Assembly (NCBI RefSeq): GCF_009914755.1
Contig: NC_060929.1
Source of the DNA: the human T2T-CHM13v2.0 reference genome, Homo sapiens
DNA: 64,000 nucleotides
Reading direction: 5' to 3' (one strand)
Numbering within the stretch: the first letter of the stretch is position 1; every line of letters starts with the position of its first letter. Below are positions 26,137-40,903 of the stretch, in pieces. Under the pieces are notes generated by a model that saw only the letters and a list, made by a program, of their open reading frames with translations, had not been told where the DNA came from and ran no database searches. Made by a program: the position numbers and the translations under genes.

Positions 26137-26436
26137 GGCTGGGTGCAGTGGCTCATGCCTATAATCCCAGCACTTTGGGAGGCCGAGGTGGGTGGATTCC
26201 CTGAGGTCAGGAACTCGAGACCAACCTGGCCAACATGGTGAAACCCCATCTCTACTAGAAATATAAAAATTAACTAGGCATGCTGGCATGTGCCTTTAGT
26301 CCCAGCTACTCAGGAGGCTGAGGCAGGAGAATTGCTTGAACCCGGGAGGCAGAGGTTGCAGTGAGCCGAGATCACGTCACTTTACTCCAGCCTGGGCAAC
26401 AGAGCGAGACTGCATCTCAAAAAAAGAGAAAAAAAA
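26137..26436 (+). mobile_element. AluS (1 of 3 head-to-tail)
   Basis: GGCTGGGTGCAGTGG... A-rich tail. Confidence 0.95.
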
Positions 26437-27068
<632 letters not shown>

Positions 27069-27069
27069 T

Positions 27070-27790
27070 GGGTTTCAGGCCATGTGAAGGTTAACCAATC
27101 TATTTATAGTTTTCTCTCTCTTGAGACAAAGTGGAAATTTGTTGAGGGGACCCAGGACTCCAGTGAAAGCCTATTGTGTTTTGTAGAAACCTCCCCTCCT
27201 TGTCTCTGAACTCCATTTTTTCATTCCCCAATACTATGAGACTCTTGAATTCATTACTGAGCTTCTTAGCTTCTGAGCAGCTGCTTTCTGCTTAGTCCCC
27301 ATAGCCTTTCCTCTCATGCACAGGCAGCTTCAGAAGTGGAACATGCTGTCATTTCCTTTTTCTTTGGAATCGTGGCCCCTCAAGTCTTGGCTGCCTTGGA
27401 GGACTTGAACTCTGTTGTTTGTCTCCCCAACCCTGTCAGATTCCTGCAAATCCCAGGCTGCAATTTTCTGTTCAGCTTCTAGGCATCTCACTGTAAACTA
27501 GAAAGTCCCTCAGAAGAAAAAACAACGCTGAATATAGGGCTCCCCAATAAATGGGTTTTGCTTCTCTCCAGGATCTTGGCCCTTCAACTACTGGCTGTTT
27601 TGAATACTCTCTGATGCCTTTCAACTCATTTTGTTATTGTTCTTGTTCTTGTGTTATTGGTTTTGTTCATGCTCCTATTTTTGTTATTGTGTAAGTGTGT
27701 GTAAAAACATTTTTCTCCAGTTTACATAGTTGTACTCAATGAGGTTAATCTGATATACACTACTCCATCAGAGCCAGCAACAAAAATCTC
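27070..27790 (-). mobile_element. Ancient L1M(E) 5'-end fragment
   Basis: Two copies of GGATCTTGGCCC(C)TCAA...TGGCTG and the terminus GGTTAATCTGATATACACTACTCCATCAGAGCCAG, typical of old L1M 5' UTRs. Confidence 0.6.
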
Positions 27791-28164
27791 AATACATTTA
27801 TTTCAACAAATTATATCTAATAATTGTTAACATATACTGATTGCCTACTAATAAATGAAGATACTTAGAGGTGCTGAAATTCATCAGATATTTAGTGGAT
27901 ACCTTTTAAGGCATATACTCCTGGGCCGGCATCCTAAGAACATCATGATGAGGAAGCCTGTGCATGCAACATCTTATGGTCAGCTGATGAACTGTACTTT
28001 TTCTCATATATCACCAAAACTAAAACAATAAATATGGAAGTTGAGTAAGATCTTAGAATCTGTAATCCATCAATTGAAGATTGAGCTTCAGAAATGATAT
28101 TTCAGCTTCAGAATGACCACACCTATCTCACAAAACTGAAATAAAACAATAGGGAAAACAGACT

Positions 28165-28468
<304 letters not shown>

Positions 28469-28814
28469 AACAGACTAATAACACAAAGGGCAACTACAAC
28501 TAAAGGTACTTGCGCCAAATGGATAGCACTCCAGGAAACAGATCTGCCTTCTCAGAATATGGATAGAAAAATGTCAACTACAGTTCTACTGAAAAAAATA
28601 TAAAGAGCATGAATTCAAATATAAACTGAACTTTCTTCTTAAACTCTTTAGATAGATAGGTCTGGGAAGTTTTATTTTCAGTCCTGCAGAATAAACCAAT
28701 TCCATGTCACCATTTTCCTCTGCAAATATTTTAAATAATGTTCTCTTTACTTTGAGAAATGGCATGAAATAGCAAATTGAAAATACCTTGAAATACAAAT
28801 CCTGTCTTATTAAT

Positions 28815-28955
28815 TTTTAGTTTTGTGATTGTAGGCAAATTATGTAATTTCTCTGAAATGAGGATAGCACTACTTACTTTACAAGGCACCTATGGAAATC
28901 AACCAAAGAATGTGAAATTTCCAGCACTTAACTGGTGTGTATTAACATTAACTGC
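28815..28955 (+). mobile_element. MIR fragment
   Basis: TGTGATTGTAGGCAAATTATGTAATTTCTCTG...GAGGATAGCACTACTTAC. Confidence 0.5.
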
Positions 28956-29894
28956 CTTTCTCTTGTCCCTAATATGATACCATACATGCATATGTGTTTC
29001 ATGTAAGATTACTTCACATAGTGTATCATTGAAATCAGTTAGCAGTGTTTTCTCTAATTCCCTTCAGTTAGTCTGATTATTCGGTCTCTTCAGAAGCCCA
29101 ATGATGTCACAGGCTGCATTTACTAAGCTACCAACTCAGTGATCTTATTTGTAAATAAGACCTCAATGTATGGGTGCTATATAAATGTGAAGTAGACATA
29201 AAATCTGCCTGTTATATTTGTCCTTTGTTCCATAATTAATGTTTTGGGACATGTTGGGCCAGTACCATACTGTCAGTCTTGGAAACTCTCAGTTATAAAG
29301 TGGTAATATAGTCAAGCATTGCAAAAAGGGGGCCACTACCCTAGGTGGATAATATTTAATTTGGCATGTGATACTTAGGAAGAAAATTGGTAAAATCAGG
29401 ATTGGCTCATTACCTTCATAAAGAATTTTCAGGAAGTTTTGTTTGCATGTTGATTGCTAGAATAGGGAGTACGCAGAGGAGTACTATGCAGAGTCACCTA
29501 TCAGGAATACAATTATTAGCTAAGACTAAATAATAGTAGGTAAGAAGTAGGTGAAGTGGAATGTTAAGATGGTCATTTAAAAAGGTTTGCAAGAAAAATC
29601 TAATATGTAAGCATTTGAGGAAAACAAAAGAATTTGAATTCATCAGAGTATTCCTCATAGCACAATTGATTATCAAATTTTATAGTAAAATTTTTATTTG
29701 GAAAATTTGTAATGTCAAAAATATAAAGTAAATTATACATAGTTTATTGTTTGAACCAATATCATAACACTGGAAATCTTATATTTATTTATTTATTCAT
29801 TCATTCAGAAACATTAATCTATCCAGACTATGTTCATGTATGTATTTGTAGACTGGTTATTCTATGCCCTCAATATATATTATAATAAAAATCA

Positions 29895-30105
29895 GAACAA
29901 GAACAATAATATTGATTAAGTGTTTATTATGTGGAATTGTACTTATTTCATTAAATCTTTGCGACAACCTGAATGGTAGGGACTTTTATTCCTGCCATTT
30001 TACACATGGAGAAACAAAGTCTTAGAGACTTTTAGGCAAGGTCACATACCCAATAACATATGAGCAGGGATTCTATAATCAGTTTCTTCATCATGCACTG
30101 CAACG
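29895..30105 (-). mobile_element. MIR
   Basis: ATTTCATTAAATCTTTGCGACAACC...CCATTTTACACATGGAGAAAC...CAAGGTCACA. Confidence 0.75.
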
Positions 30106-30284
30106 CTGAAAGAAGAGTACCTTTTGTATTATATTGGAAACCTCAGTTTTGCCTTTTACTAAAACCATTTACTCAAATACTACACTGAAAATAATTGAAT
30201 AACTGTACAATAAATAGCAACTCAAGAGACACAAATAATCACTTCATAGTTAAATGCTAAACTGATGATACTGACAATAATTCC

Positions 30285-30487
30285 CTATCACTTACTCTGG
30301 GTATCATTGGGAAAGTTACTCAGTTTCTGTAAGCCTCAGGTTCCCTCTTCAAAAAGTGAGAATAATAATAGAACCCACCTTAGGACTAGGACTGTTGAGA
30401 GGACTGAGTAGTATAAATAATACATGTGAAGCATGGCCATGTGTGCAAAGCAGGAACAGTGCTCAGAAAATATTAGCTACTCTTATT
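30285..30487 (+). mobile_element. MIR
   Basis: TTGGGAAAGTTACTCAGTTTCTGTAAGCCTCAGGTTCCCTC...GAATAATAATAGAACCCACC. Confidence 0.8.
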
Positions 30488-32607
30488 GTCAGGGTGGTGG
30501 TTGCTATCTAGTGTTATTTGTAATTATTCTTAGCAATAATAATAATTTGATAAGTTCACAGGAATATCTAGAAAAGTCAGAGATGGCTTTAGGAAAGATG
30601 TGGTCCTTAGCCAGGCTGTAAATGTTACCAAATTTGGATGAGTCTAGAGGCAAAGGAAGTCTCTTCAGGTTCTTCATATAGAAGTCATGAATGGGAAAAT
30701 GTACAAGGTGGGGAGAGCATAGTTATCCTTGTCTGGCTGGAATGAAGCTTATGATAGGAGAATAAAGGGAAATACTGTTGAAAAGGCCTTGGGGGAGGGG
30801 GATGGTCACATGAGCAAAGTCTTTGTGCCACGCTATTATGGGATCTATTTAAACAGTTTAAAGTAATTGGCAAAAAAAAAAACTTCCAAAAAAATTATTT
30901 TTTGTAAATACCATAACCACTGCAATTATTGAATTCTGGCCTTTTGCATTCTATCTATAAAGACAAGTCCAAAGACAGCCACCAGGGAGTTTATTCCGCT
31001 GGAGGACAGAACCATTATCACGGATGCTTTTGCTCCTTCCACTGATACTGACTCTGAGAATGAGCTCAGAGCAGCATGAAAGGAATTTAACATAAATAAA
31101 TAATACATAAATGCATAAAACACAAACTGTAATCCAGAGTGTGATCTTCTTGAGATCAGGGGCCATGATTTAAAAATCTCCCATGCCTCTCATAGTTGTA
31201 ACACCTCTTACAGTGCTAAGAACCTACTGAATTGAATTCCTCGAGCACTTTTTTTTTAAGACACTGAACAAATGAGCACTGAAGTGAAAGAACTTTATCT
31301 AATCCTTAAGGCATAGAGAATGGCACCAGTCAGGGGCCCTCTGAACTTGGCACTGCTTGTATCTCTGTGAACTCATAGGGGATTCTCTTTTTCTTTTCCT
31401 GTCTCCATCTCTGTTTCATCAACTAGAACTTATCATTTTCTTCTCCTTTCAACATCTGTTTTCTATTGCATCCCATTGTTTTCATTTTTCATCTATCTTG
31501 ATCATTCTCATACATTCACAGCTCTGTTAGTAATCCCACAGATAACTATGTATGACTTGTTCTCTGAGAGAGCAAGCCTTTAGCATACAAGGACTCAACT
31601 CTGCTTTGAAAAATCAAACAAGTTTTTAAATCCACCTAATAGTATTCATCAGGGAATTTTTTTTATTTTTAGAGACATGGTGAATTTTCCAATTCAGTAA
31701 GAGCAAAAAGAAATAATAAAACACCCAGATTTGTGCCATTTCAGAATGCCAGTGCACATTCCTAGTGGCAGTTAATACTGGCAGGTGCTGTGAGGAATCA
31801 TACATAGGCAACTGGGTTCCTGAAGTCAGCCAAGAGTTGATTGCTTATGTTTTTAGAGCTGTGCGAAGAAGAAAAATGTAGGCACACCACTGCTGTGCAG
31901 TCCACGGGAGTCTTACAGCTGCAGGCCCTGAAGCACTTTGAAAATCGTCCCTAATTGTCTTTTGCCTCTGTGTTACCAACTTATCGCCTACCCCCATGGT
32001 GGCTTTCATGCTGTGTGTCACCAAAAGCTAGCCTCTGCTATTTTCTAAGGAAGGAACTGGCAGCTGTTCCAAAGATGAAATCTAAATGTAATCTCCATAG
32101 TTGCAGGTAGAAGCAAAGTAAATGTTTTAGAACTTTTCTTATCTTGACTTCAGGCATCATACCTCATATTTATCAACTTTGTAGCCAACTTTAGGGCAAA
32201 CATTAAGAAATAAAAAACCACACACATCCACTTCTCCTTTGGCCCTCAAAAGTCTCTCCATTGGCATGACTTTGTATCTTTATATTGGCAAATACTTGGC
32301 TCAATTATAGAAGTTATAGATCTTCCTCACTAGCACAAGTCTTTTCCAGCCCAAACAGCTATTGGATTTGCAGACAGAAGGACAGCAGAGACTGCAGCAC
32401 TTTGGCTTTGCTTGGCCTTTCGGACCCTTTTGGCAAAGGAAAATGGTTCTTACTAGTGAGTGCCTATCCAGCCTTAGGCAGCTCACAGGCAAGTAGAAAA
32501 AGTGTAGAAAAGGTGAGACTAGTAAGAACAAAATCTTGCTAGAGAGCTACTGACAAGAACATAGCACTTACACCAGGTGATCACTTGGATACTCAGGGTG
32601 ATTACAC

Positions 32608-32936
32608 CAGACGCTGCAAACTCCTTTGTCTACAAAGGCTGGAAGCAGACTCGCCTGGAGCACGTGGTCAAGTGGGACTGTGTCTTGTAAAGAGGGATGA
32701 AGGGAGATAAAGGGGCAACAGCTATGTGGCTTCGGTTAAACATTTGCTGGACAGGAAGCAGATCCAGTGTCAGCCAGATCTTCTGATTTTTCTAGAGAAG
32801 CCAGAAACCAGATTTTTTATGTGAAACCTCCTAATTTGTGAATGGTGGCAAGTATTTAAGACAACTTTTAAACACTATGTGGGCCAGTCACAAACTGTCG
32901 GCAGGCAGTATTCAAGCTGCCAGTTTGTGGCCTCTG
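32608..32936 (-). mobile_element. MER102-like hAT-Charlie element
   Basis: TIRs CAGACGCTGCAAACT ... AGTTTGTGGCCTCTG; internal GCCAGATCTTCTGATTTTTCTAGAGAAGCCAGAAACCAGATTTTTTATGTGAAA. Confidence 0.8.
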
Positions 32937-33391
32937 GCTTACCTAATAGGCATTCCCTCATAGTCCATGTGGATCAGGAAAAAGAAATTTTTCCAGCTTT
33001 GTCTATCTTTTACAAATTTTCTACACTGAACATTTTTTTTTTCTAATCAGAGTTGTTTTCAGAGCTTTTGGACCCCTTTTCTGAACATAGTCTGGAACAA
33101 ACCCCAGCTCCCAGGGTGGCCTCAGGATGATCCATCCCCTTGAGTGACCTCAAGTCCATAGCTGATCTGAGAAGAGAGGAGGGAGAGTCTGGACATTCGG
33201 GGCCTGTTCTAGACTAGTACAAAACACTGGGCTCCACCTGGCTCAGTACTACAGATGCAGGGGAGGCAAAAAGTCACTCATTCTAAGTCAGGCCAGAACC
33301 TCTTTAGCTGTGCTTGGCAATGTGGAGTATAGCTGTACAGAAGGGAATGAGATGCTGTGGGAGACAGAAGAGATATGAAAGTATAGAATGG

Positions 33392-33727
<336 letters not shown>

Positions 33728-35514
33728 CTATTTATTTCTAGTCCTCAACTATAAGTAAGAAAAATAAATCAAAAGTAGAGGTGCTAAATCATGAGACCAT
33801 GGGAGATGCTCATTGCTCCTTTCTAACTTGTTCCATGAATGCACCCGTCCTTGTACCACACTATTGGAAATCTTCACCACAACCAGAAGCCGTGCCAGGG
33901 GTGCAGTGGCTAGGATGGAGACAACAGGCTATTTTTGTTCCAAGTGAAACAGTAGGCCAAGTGAACAGGTAAATACATGGGGCAACTCAAAAGGGATGTC
34001 AACCCCCGGAGCTGATGGGTGTGTTTCTTCTTTATGGTGTGAGAGTCGGGCCAGAAGTCTGGGTAACCAAGTCAGGACCTGCAGTTTGGGCAAGATTCGA
34101 GCTGCGGTTCAGAACCACAGCATTGGAGACAAAAGCAAGTCCTGCATGTCCAGTGTCATCTGGGCCTTGTGGTTTTTTCCTTTCTTCCTTTTTATAATGG
34201 ATTTTTTTTTTCCCAGAGAGAAGATGACATCAGCCAAATATGAGATACAGGCTCAAGTAATTAAATATTTTTTGGTTTATTTACTTGTGATTTTAAAAGA
34301 ATATGAAGCATGCTTGGGAGACATTTGTGTCTGGAAAGAGTTGAGCAACTCTAAAGCCGTAGCATGCAGCAATTGGTGAAAAATTGCTAAATTATGTTTC
34401 TTTTTTTTCCGTGAAATGTCAAATGTTGTTCTTTTGCTTCTATAAAGGTCAGTATGGTTTAAAGAGAAGAAAAAAAAAACAAACTTGGACCATTAACTTG
34501 TTATTGAACTTCAAAAGTGTTGTATTTACCAGTAAAAATAAATCTAAAAATGTTTTGGTGGCTCTGAAACAAGAAAGACTAGATTGTAATCAAATTAGTG
34601 AATTTCTGGTACTTTCCTCTTCTTTCTGGGTCTTTCCGTGAAAAACAACAAGGAGAAAACTAATTCAACAGCAAAAGTTGTTTATAAATACTCTATATGT
34701 TGCTTATTTGTGGAGTATGAGTTACCACACTAGGTGAGTGGGGTGTCATAATTTTCCCCTCATGCTTTTCTGCCCTTTGATGTTCTTGAACAAGAATATA
34801 GCTGTGGAAATATAATTCTTTTAACGAATACATTTCACAGTGGCATTTCCCAAATGGTAACAAGGGACTTACTCCTTCAGCAGAAAAGTCATCTCCTTTT
34901 TATAACTGATGATGTACTTGTATACACACAAACACACATAAAGAAAAGCAGAAAGTCCTATTTGTTCAAGTTTATTTTCTAATAGCCATTGTTATTTATT
35001 AGCACTCTCTGCTCTAGTCATAGCACATTACTACTTCATACCTCTTTTTGGGAAAATTATTTTGGGGGAAAAAATAAAATAGCATTACTTAACAGTGTGA
35101 AGCCATAAGTTTTTATTGGATTGTATCTTATAATCTTATTTCAAAGGCAGAGGGTAGGCTGGCAAAATGTAGGCCAGGAAATGATTATTGTTGTCCCTGA
35201 CAGAACACATACTAGTGACATTTTCAAAATAGAATATGCAAAAGTTTATCTTTAGTAGCTCTGCACCCAACTGCCAATGTTTTTCTCTTTCTCTTGCCCC
35301 CTCTCCGCTACTCTCTAGCTTGTGTTCTTTTGCTGAGCTTGGCTTACTCTCAGTTAATCCCTGCTAAAGATTTCACACTGCTAGTGTCAGATGTGCTTCC
35401 TGCCAGGATACTGGCATTTTAAAGAGGGACTCCTAGACTTCCTGCCTGTTTCTCCTACTCCTGGAGCGAAAGTGAACATACAAAAATCAATTTCCCCTGG
35501 TCATCCTTTTTCCA

Positions 35515-35763
35515 TGGCATTAGGAAGCACAGCCTCTCCACCATGCTCCTGGATTCAAATCCTGGCTCTGCTACTTGCTAGTCCTATGATCATGGGCCAG
35601 TTACTTAACATCCTTGTGTCTCAGTTTCCTTATCTGTAAAGTGAAAAAGATGATTATCTCACAGGGTTGTTGGGAGACTGAATGAGATAATATATGTAAA
35701 ACATGTAAAAGAGTGGCTATACGTAATAAATACCCAGTAACTGTTCATTATTATGTTATTATT
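35515..35763 (+). mobile_element. MIR, near full length
   Basis: GGATTCAAATCCTGGCTCTGCTACTTGCTAG...GTGTCTCAGTTTCCTTATCTGTAAA. Confidence 0.88.
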
Positions 35764-35764
35764 C

Positions 35765-36121
35765 TGTCTTAGTCCATTCAGGTTGCTCTAGCAAATATAA
35801 GGGTAATTTATAAACAATAGAAACTTATAGCTCATAGTTCTGGAGGCTGGGATGTCCAAGATCAAAGTGCCAGCAGATTTGGTATCTAGTGAGGGCCTGT
35901 TTCTCGTAGATGGTGCCTTCTCTGTGTCCTCACATGGCAGAAGAGCAAAGGGAAAAGGGGGCTAACAAGCTCCCTCAGGCCATTTTATATCAGCACTAAT
36001 CCCATTGATGAGGGTAGAGCCCTCATGACCTAATCACCTCCTAAGGCCCCACCTTTTAATACCACCACAATGGGGATTAGGTTTCAACATGAATTTTGGA
36101 GGCAATTGCCAAACCATGGCA
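35765..36121 (-). mobile_element. MSTD/MLT1A-like MaLR solo LTR
   Basis: TGTCTTAGTCCATTCAGG...AGTTCTGGAGGCTGGGATGTCCAAGATCAA...TTTCAACATGAATTTTGGAGG...CA; ATTC on both flanks. Confidence 0.88.
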
Positions 36122-36229
36122 ATTCCCAACATTACCATCCTTGTTTTATAAATCTCGTTTTCTGAATTGACTTATAATTACTTCTCCATTCCCTGAGCTA
36201 AGTATTTATTGTATTAGAGCCAGAAGATG

Positions 36230-36600
36230 CTTCATTTAAATCAGTTAATTAATTTATCTATTCTGTTGCAGGAACTGTTGTATGTGCTTTGGCTAAATCA
36301 CAAAATAGACAAAATATCTGTCTGTTAGCAAAACATGCAAAAATGCCTGCCCTTGAGAAATGTATATCCTAGCAGGGAGTGGAGGGTGGGTGAGGTAGAG
36401 ACAATAGATAGATAATTCAAATAAACATGACTAGATTATGTAGCATGTTAGAAGATGATAAATTCCAAGTCCAGGAGAGCGAAGGGCAGGCCAGTGGGAT
36501 GCATTTTAAATAGGTGGCCAAGGAGAAGGCCTTGAAACGTTTGAGAAGGCCATTAATGAGCACGGGTAGAAGGAAGCCAGGGAGAGTCTCAGTGTCCGTC
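36230..36600 (-). mobile_element. L2 fragment
   Basis: CCTGCCCTTGAGAAATGTATATCCTAGCAGGG...AGACAATA...TTTTAAATAGGTGGCCAAGGAGAAGGCC. Confidence 0.6.
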
Positions 36601-38021
36601 TTCAGTTGCTTTTACTTCCTTTCATGATTCACATAGTTATTTTTAAACTTTTTTACTGAGTAGAATTTTTTTGTGTGTATTAATTCTGAGTACCATTATT
36701 CATTACAGTGAGTTCCATCACATTACTAGTACCACAAAGATAATATCTTTGAGACTAAACCTTTTGGGCTATTTTTTGTCCTTTATCCTAAAATTTTCTA
36801 TTGTGTTTATTATCTGGTATATTTGAATTTATCTCTCCAAAATCACCACAAAATAAAATTTTTAAATGTTTGTCTTGTTTTTCTCTCACCATTAAGTGGG
36901 GTTAATATTAGGTTCATTAGGTAAGGTTTAATTTTAAATTGTGGCCATCTGATATTGCTACATCAAAAGGAAGTTAAAATTTGCTTGCCTAACATCACTT
37001 ACCAATGTAGTTGTACTGTGAGCAAAAATAGAACAAAAATAGTTTATCTGGAGATTGAAAATTCCCAGTATTGACTTTAGCATGACTGCAAAAAACTCAT
37101 AACCCTCTAGTGAAGACCCCTGAAGTTAACATAATGAAGGATAGAAAAAAATGACAGATGGGACAAAAGCAAACTTCCTGGTAAAATGTGGAAGTATTCC
37201 TCAAAAAAGGCTGTTCATAATAAACTTGGGTATTTTAGTTACGGGGTCAGAAAGAAAAATTTTAGATTGATTTATTTAGTTCAGAGAAATTACATGAAAA
37301 TATAAAACTGTAAACTTTTCTATAATGCTCTCTTTTATTTGAGCTTGTATGATTTTTTCTAATTAATTTCTAAAGACATTTTAACTATTGAATACTAAAA
37401 TGAACTATCACTTCAAAAGTGAGATTTAAGAGTCTCTAGAACTATACTGTTTGTATTTATAAGACAGAGGAGAAGGGATAAGAGAGAGAGCCAAAGACAG
37501 TCCCTTGGAGACTTGGGGTTTCAGCAACTGTGCCACGGGGCAGTGCAGACCTCCGAGTGACCAGGTTTTCAGTCCAGGATCTTCAAGACTATCTGCAGTA
37601 AAGCCAGCAGAGTGGACAGAGGGGAAGTCACACACTGCCTTTCTTTCGTCTTCCTATTGCATGTATTCTCAACACTCAGGACTTGCCTCCCCTGAATGGA
37701 TGAGAGTGGAGAAGCACAGAGGTTGACATCCCCTAAACTTGTACGAGAGTCTTTTAAACTCTGCTGCTGACATGGCGTACAAACAGTGGTCTCTAAAAGT
37801 GCATTTCATTCACTTTGGGTAGGTCATGCATTATAATATCATTTCCCCCCAAAAGTAGCTATTACTATTACTTCCTTGAAAGGGCCAGGAATATACTTGG
37901 AAGATACAGTGAGAGCTACAGTCTGGAGCATCACAGCACAGAGCTGTTGCCTGATCCCTGAAAGTACATTGACAATCCCTAAGGTCCATAGAGAATCCAG
38001 GCGACACTAGTCTTGGGCAAA

Positions 38022-38175
38022 TCACAGCATAGAGTTAGACTTGGAATCAGACAGGCCTAAGTTTGAATTCCAGTTAGAGTGCCATCCCTAAATCCCAGTA
38101 AATGAAATAACACATAATATGCTTAGCCCAGTGCTTGCCACACAGTAAACACTCAGTAAAGGGTAGCTTTATTAT
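38022..38175 (+). mobile_element. MIR (internally deleted)
   Basis: GACTTGGAATCAGACAGGCCTAAGTTTGAATTCCAG...GCTTAGCCCAGTGCTTGCCACACAGTAAACACTCAGTAAA. Confidence 0.75.
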
Positions 38176-38419
38176 TTTTTTCAAAGGAATAAAGGAGAAG
38201 AGTTGCACGGCCTTAAATAATTCTCCAAATTTATTTTGAGTGAATGCATTTTGTGCTAGAGCTTTTCATTGGTAACCAGATCAACAGAGCTTAGAAAGCA
38301 CTATTTTGAGGTATATCAGATGAAATGAACACATGCAGTGATTATGTTCATATTTGATACAGAGGGATCTTATTTCATTGTCGTCTTCCTTCTACCATGC
38401 TATATCCATCTGTAGTTCT

Positions 38420-38710
38420 GTTTTCCTTTTTAAATGTTTCAAACCTTACCTTTCTTTGGAATCCAGCTTTAAATGGACTACTTCCTTGAAGCTTTCCATG
38501 CCCACTCTAGTTTATAGTAACATCTTCTGATGCAACCCCCACCTCATTGCATTCCATATTTTCACTCATTTGGCACCTCATCATACATTGCCTGGGGCAG
38601 TTCCCTAACCAGTTCCCTGAAGACCCACTCTCTTGGTTCTTTTGTACTGCCTGTAAAGCTTAATTACAGAGCTGGCACAGAGTTCCCAGTAAATTCTTGT
38701 TGAATTAAAT
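38420..38710 (+). mobile_element. L2 3' fragment
   Basis: CAGCTTTAAATGGACTACTTCCTTGAAGCTTTCC...ACAGAGCTGGCACAGAG...GTAAATTCTTGTTGAATT. Confidence 0.55.
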
Positions 38711-39758
38711 CTCTTATTTGAAATTTCCAATGCCTCCACTCCCCTTCCACAAATTCTCTCAATGTAGGGAAATCTCTTTAGATGACTAACCGGTGTTAAC
38801 ACCTCAACCCAAACTGACATTTTCAAATTATTTAGATGCTTCATAATTTTCCAGTGTGTTCTACCAAAACAATGTTTACATGAAAAGAATATAATTATCC
38901 AACATTTTTCCTAAGACTATGGTAAAAGCCAGCAGCATTGCCCCACTTAGAGGAGCTAAAATAGCTAAAGGTTACATGCTTTGCCTCAAATAATAGACTT
39001 AGTGAAGAGGGTAGAAGTAGAAATGAGGTCAGCCCCCCAGAGCAGTCTGGTGGCCTTGAGCAACCAGGAAGGTAAAGCCGGTACCTCAGTTAAATCACCA
39101 AGTTTACTGGAAGTGCATATTTTTCATGTGCCAAATTCAGTAAGTCATGGAGCAAATGTTTATTTTGCTATGCTTTAAAAAGTTGCTTTGCTTCTTGTAA
39201 GTTTTCTCAGTGGAAGGGTTCCAAGTTATGACTTAATCTATGTTTGCAGCATTGCACTGGAAACAGGATTTGTCTGTGAAATGGCTCTGTCATTTGTGGA
39301 CCACTTCTGTAGGGAGATTGTGGATTTAGGAAGGGCAGAAGCAACAGCAGATATGCCTGGTGTTTGAATGGATGTGCCTCTCTCGGAGGCAGCAAGCAGC
39401 ATACCCATATTATAAAGTTTTTGATTTTCTAACATCTGAAGACAGGCATCCAGCCTTGCAGAACAGCCAGGTGTCTGTTCTATAGACTACAGTTCCTTGT
39501 TTCCAGAATTACGGTAACCAAATAATACACAAGGTCACCTGATTGCACTTCCCAACAACCTGAACAAAGAGCACCTTTGCGCTTGCTGGTAGGTGCTGTA
39601 CCAGACTCTTTGTAATCTGCCTTAGGTCAGAGAAGAACAAGCCATTACCAGTATGGGAGTCCATCCCTAGTCAGGGCTAGTTGCTATTATCCCTTGAATA
39701 CTCTGCAGGCATCCCACAAGACATTTGAGACTTCATATTTGTCAAATAATAGAAATCT

Positions 39759-40059
39759 GGCTGGCCTAGTGGCTCATGCCTGTAATCCTAACCCTTTGGG
39801 AGGCTGATGTGGGCAGATTGCTTGAGGCCAGGAGTTTGAGACCCGCCTGGGCAACACAGTGACATGTTGTCTCTACAAAAAATTTAAAAATTAACTAGGC
39901 ATGGTAGTGTGCCTATAGTCCCAGCTACTCCAGAGGCTGAGGCAGGAAGATCCCTTGAGCCCAGTAATTCAAGGCTACAGTTAGCTCTGATCCTGCCACT
40001 GCACTCCTGTCTTGGTAAAGGAGCTAAACCCAGTCTCACCAAAAAAAAAAAAAAAAAAA
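39759..40059 (+). mobile_element. AluJ, full length
   Basis: GATTGCTTGAGGCCAGGAGTTTGAGA...TTCAAGGCTACAG; AAATCT on both flanks. Confidence 0.93.
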
Positions 40060-40757
40060 TCTTACTAGAGATTTGGGTTATTACAAAAGGGATCACTTAA
40101 AGACTTTATGTCTTAGAGACATATTTCTTCAGCTGGATAAACAGTCCATATAATCATACAGTAGACAAAGCAAAAGGAAGATCTTAGTGACAGCTTAAAT
40201 CCAGGATAAGAAATTAGGAAGCTGCCTTTATAGAGACACCAGTACTTGCCCTGAACCATTTTAATTCTCCTCTGTTTTCATAATACAAATTTGGGATGTT
40301 TTCAAATTCAACAGACCAGCAGTGCTGTTGATTCATAACCTAAACAAGCTTGTTAACCCTTTCCAAAATAAAGTCACTCTGCTTCTTGAACTCACTAGAG
40401 GTGTGCTAGTTTTACAAGTCTTCAGAGTTTATTATGTTCCCTGGAAGTGTGCCTCTTTGTGTTAAATCTAATCGCTCTGGTTAGTATTTTAATTTTAAAC
40501 AATCAACAGCCTTGTCCTCAAAAGCAAAATGAAAGAAAGCAAGCCTTTGGACATGTTGTCTGATCTGCTTGCAACCTGTCTCCCAATGCCCTCCCCTCCC
40601 TCTCTCTGCCTCCTGCCTAGCTTTCTGCTTGTCTTTTTAAACTCTCCAAAGTCAAATCTTTCAAGGGAGCTTCTCTCTTGGGCCCCAATTACCCCTAGAT
40701 TTATTGTCTCTGAACTCCTGCAATATAATATTTTCCCCTTATCGCAGCATTTATGTA

Positions 40758-40903
40758 TAGACAGTCCCTGACTTAGAATGACTTAAGATTTTTCAACTTT
40801 ATGATGGGTTTATCAGAGTAGCAAATGCATTTGGATTTACAATATTTTCAACTAAAAATGGGTTTATTGAGATGTAGCCCCATCATAAGTCTAGAAACAT
40901 CTG
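40758..40903 (-). mobile_element. Short MER47/Tigger5-type MITE inserted in an L2 3' end (~40640-41070)
   Basis: TIRs AGACAGTCCCTGACTTA ... TAAGTCTAGAAACATCTG; TA on both flanks (Tc1/mariner TSD). Confidence 0.8.
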